The position numbers and the translations under genes are program-made. A stretch of 64,000 nt of DNA, taken from the NCBI RefSeq assembly GCF_004010195.1, contig NC_057718.1, positions 71,523,486-71,587,485 of the forward strand. The letters run 5' to 3'. The DNA is from Chiloscyllium plagiosum. Taxonomy: Eukaryota. Numbering within the stretch: the first letter of the stretch is position 1; every line of letters begins with the position of its first letter. Shown here piece by piece: positions 63,473-64,000 of this stretch. The notes below the pieces were generated by a model. It had not been told where the DNA came from, did no database searches, and saw only the letters and a program-made list of their open reading frames with translations.

Positions 63473-64000
63473 CATTTAACAGGTGTTGTTTGCAATCTTT
63501 TTTATATAGTGTCTTTTTATTTGGCTGATGGCTGTTCAGTGACTGTTGAAGCTAGTGTGTAATTTTGTTTAAAATTCAGCTTTTGTGTTTTTGCTTTCTT
63601 GTAAAATTGTTGCTACTGTTTAAATTTTTTAAAGCATCATATTGTATTGGCTGTTATTGAAAGGATGTTGATACATGTAGACCTCAGCTATTTTTATATG
63701 ATTTAATCTGAATAAAATGTATTACTACAACTTTAATATTGGGGAGAAAAGTTGTGTAAAACTGGGGACTGTTGTGTACATCAGATATCTCGTGAAAAGC
63801 TATTGGCCCTTTTCCACAACTTTTGTACAGACCTGCAGCAAGTGAAGGTTGTACCAAGTATGTGTGATGATAATGTAAACTTGGCCGTAGCAGCTGTTAT
63901 TTTTCCAAAGGGAGTTTGGATGTTTTACTTGCTATATTCAGGTTTGCAGAGTCTATGTAGTTTGTTAACTACAATTTTTTTTCCACCATGCATATGTGTA
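63473..64000 (+). other. WTAP: WTAP 3'UTR (U-rich), candidate polyA signal AATAAA at 63711-63716; may extend beyond the window
   Basis: Follows the stop codon, has no recognisable repeats, is U/GU-rich and contains a canonical hexamer. Confidence 0.7.

Overview
Eukaryotic (vertebrate) genomic DNA, very likely from a shark or other elasmobranch, judged from its HE1/V-SINE-type SINEs and dense CR1 LINEs. It contains all seven coding exons of WTAP (regulatory subunit of the m6A writer complex) on the + strand, ATG 17143 to TAA 63472, 402 aa, with every junction GT-AG and in phase. The non-coding first exon and promoter are not recognisable and probably lie upstream. The introns are crowded with retroelements: a full-length but frameshifted L1 with a 13-bp TSD, many decayed CR1s, an L2-like fragment, Penelope-like element (PLE) fragments and about ten SINEs, often nested. 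Two things stand out. (1) About ten minimal hammerhead-ribozyme motifs (CUGANGA-stem II-GAAA-palindromic stem III-NUH) in four sequence families, carried by short PLE-derived insertions; several are fold-back units with clear TSDs and one is only 73 bp long. (2) A repeat-free intron 6 that encodes a read-through stop (151-aa isoform), a second acceptor giving an alternative C-terminal tail, a hairpin, and a consensus 5' splice site inside the exon 7 acceptor, together suggesting an old isoform switch. There is also a ~0.55-kb inverted duplication bracketing exons 2-4. I found no new protein-coding system; the other ORFs in the track are retroelement fragments or spurious. Exon numbers follow the human gene, and human comparisons are from memory and need checking.
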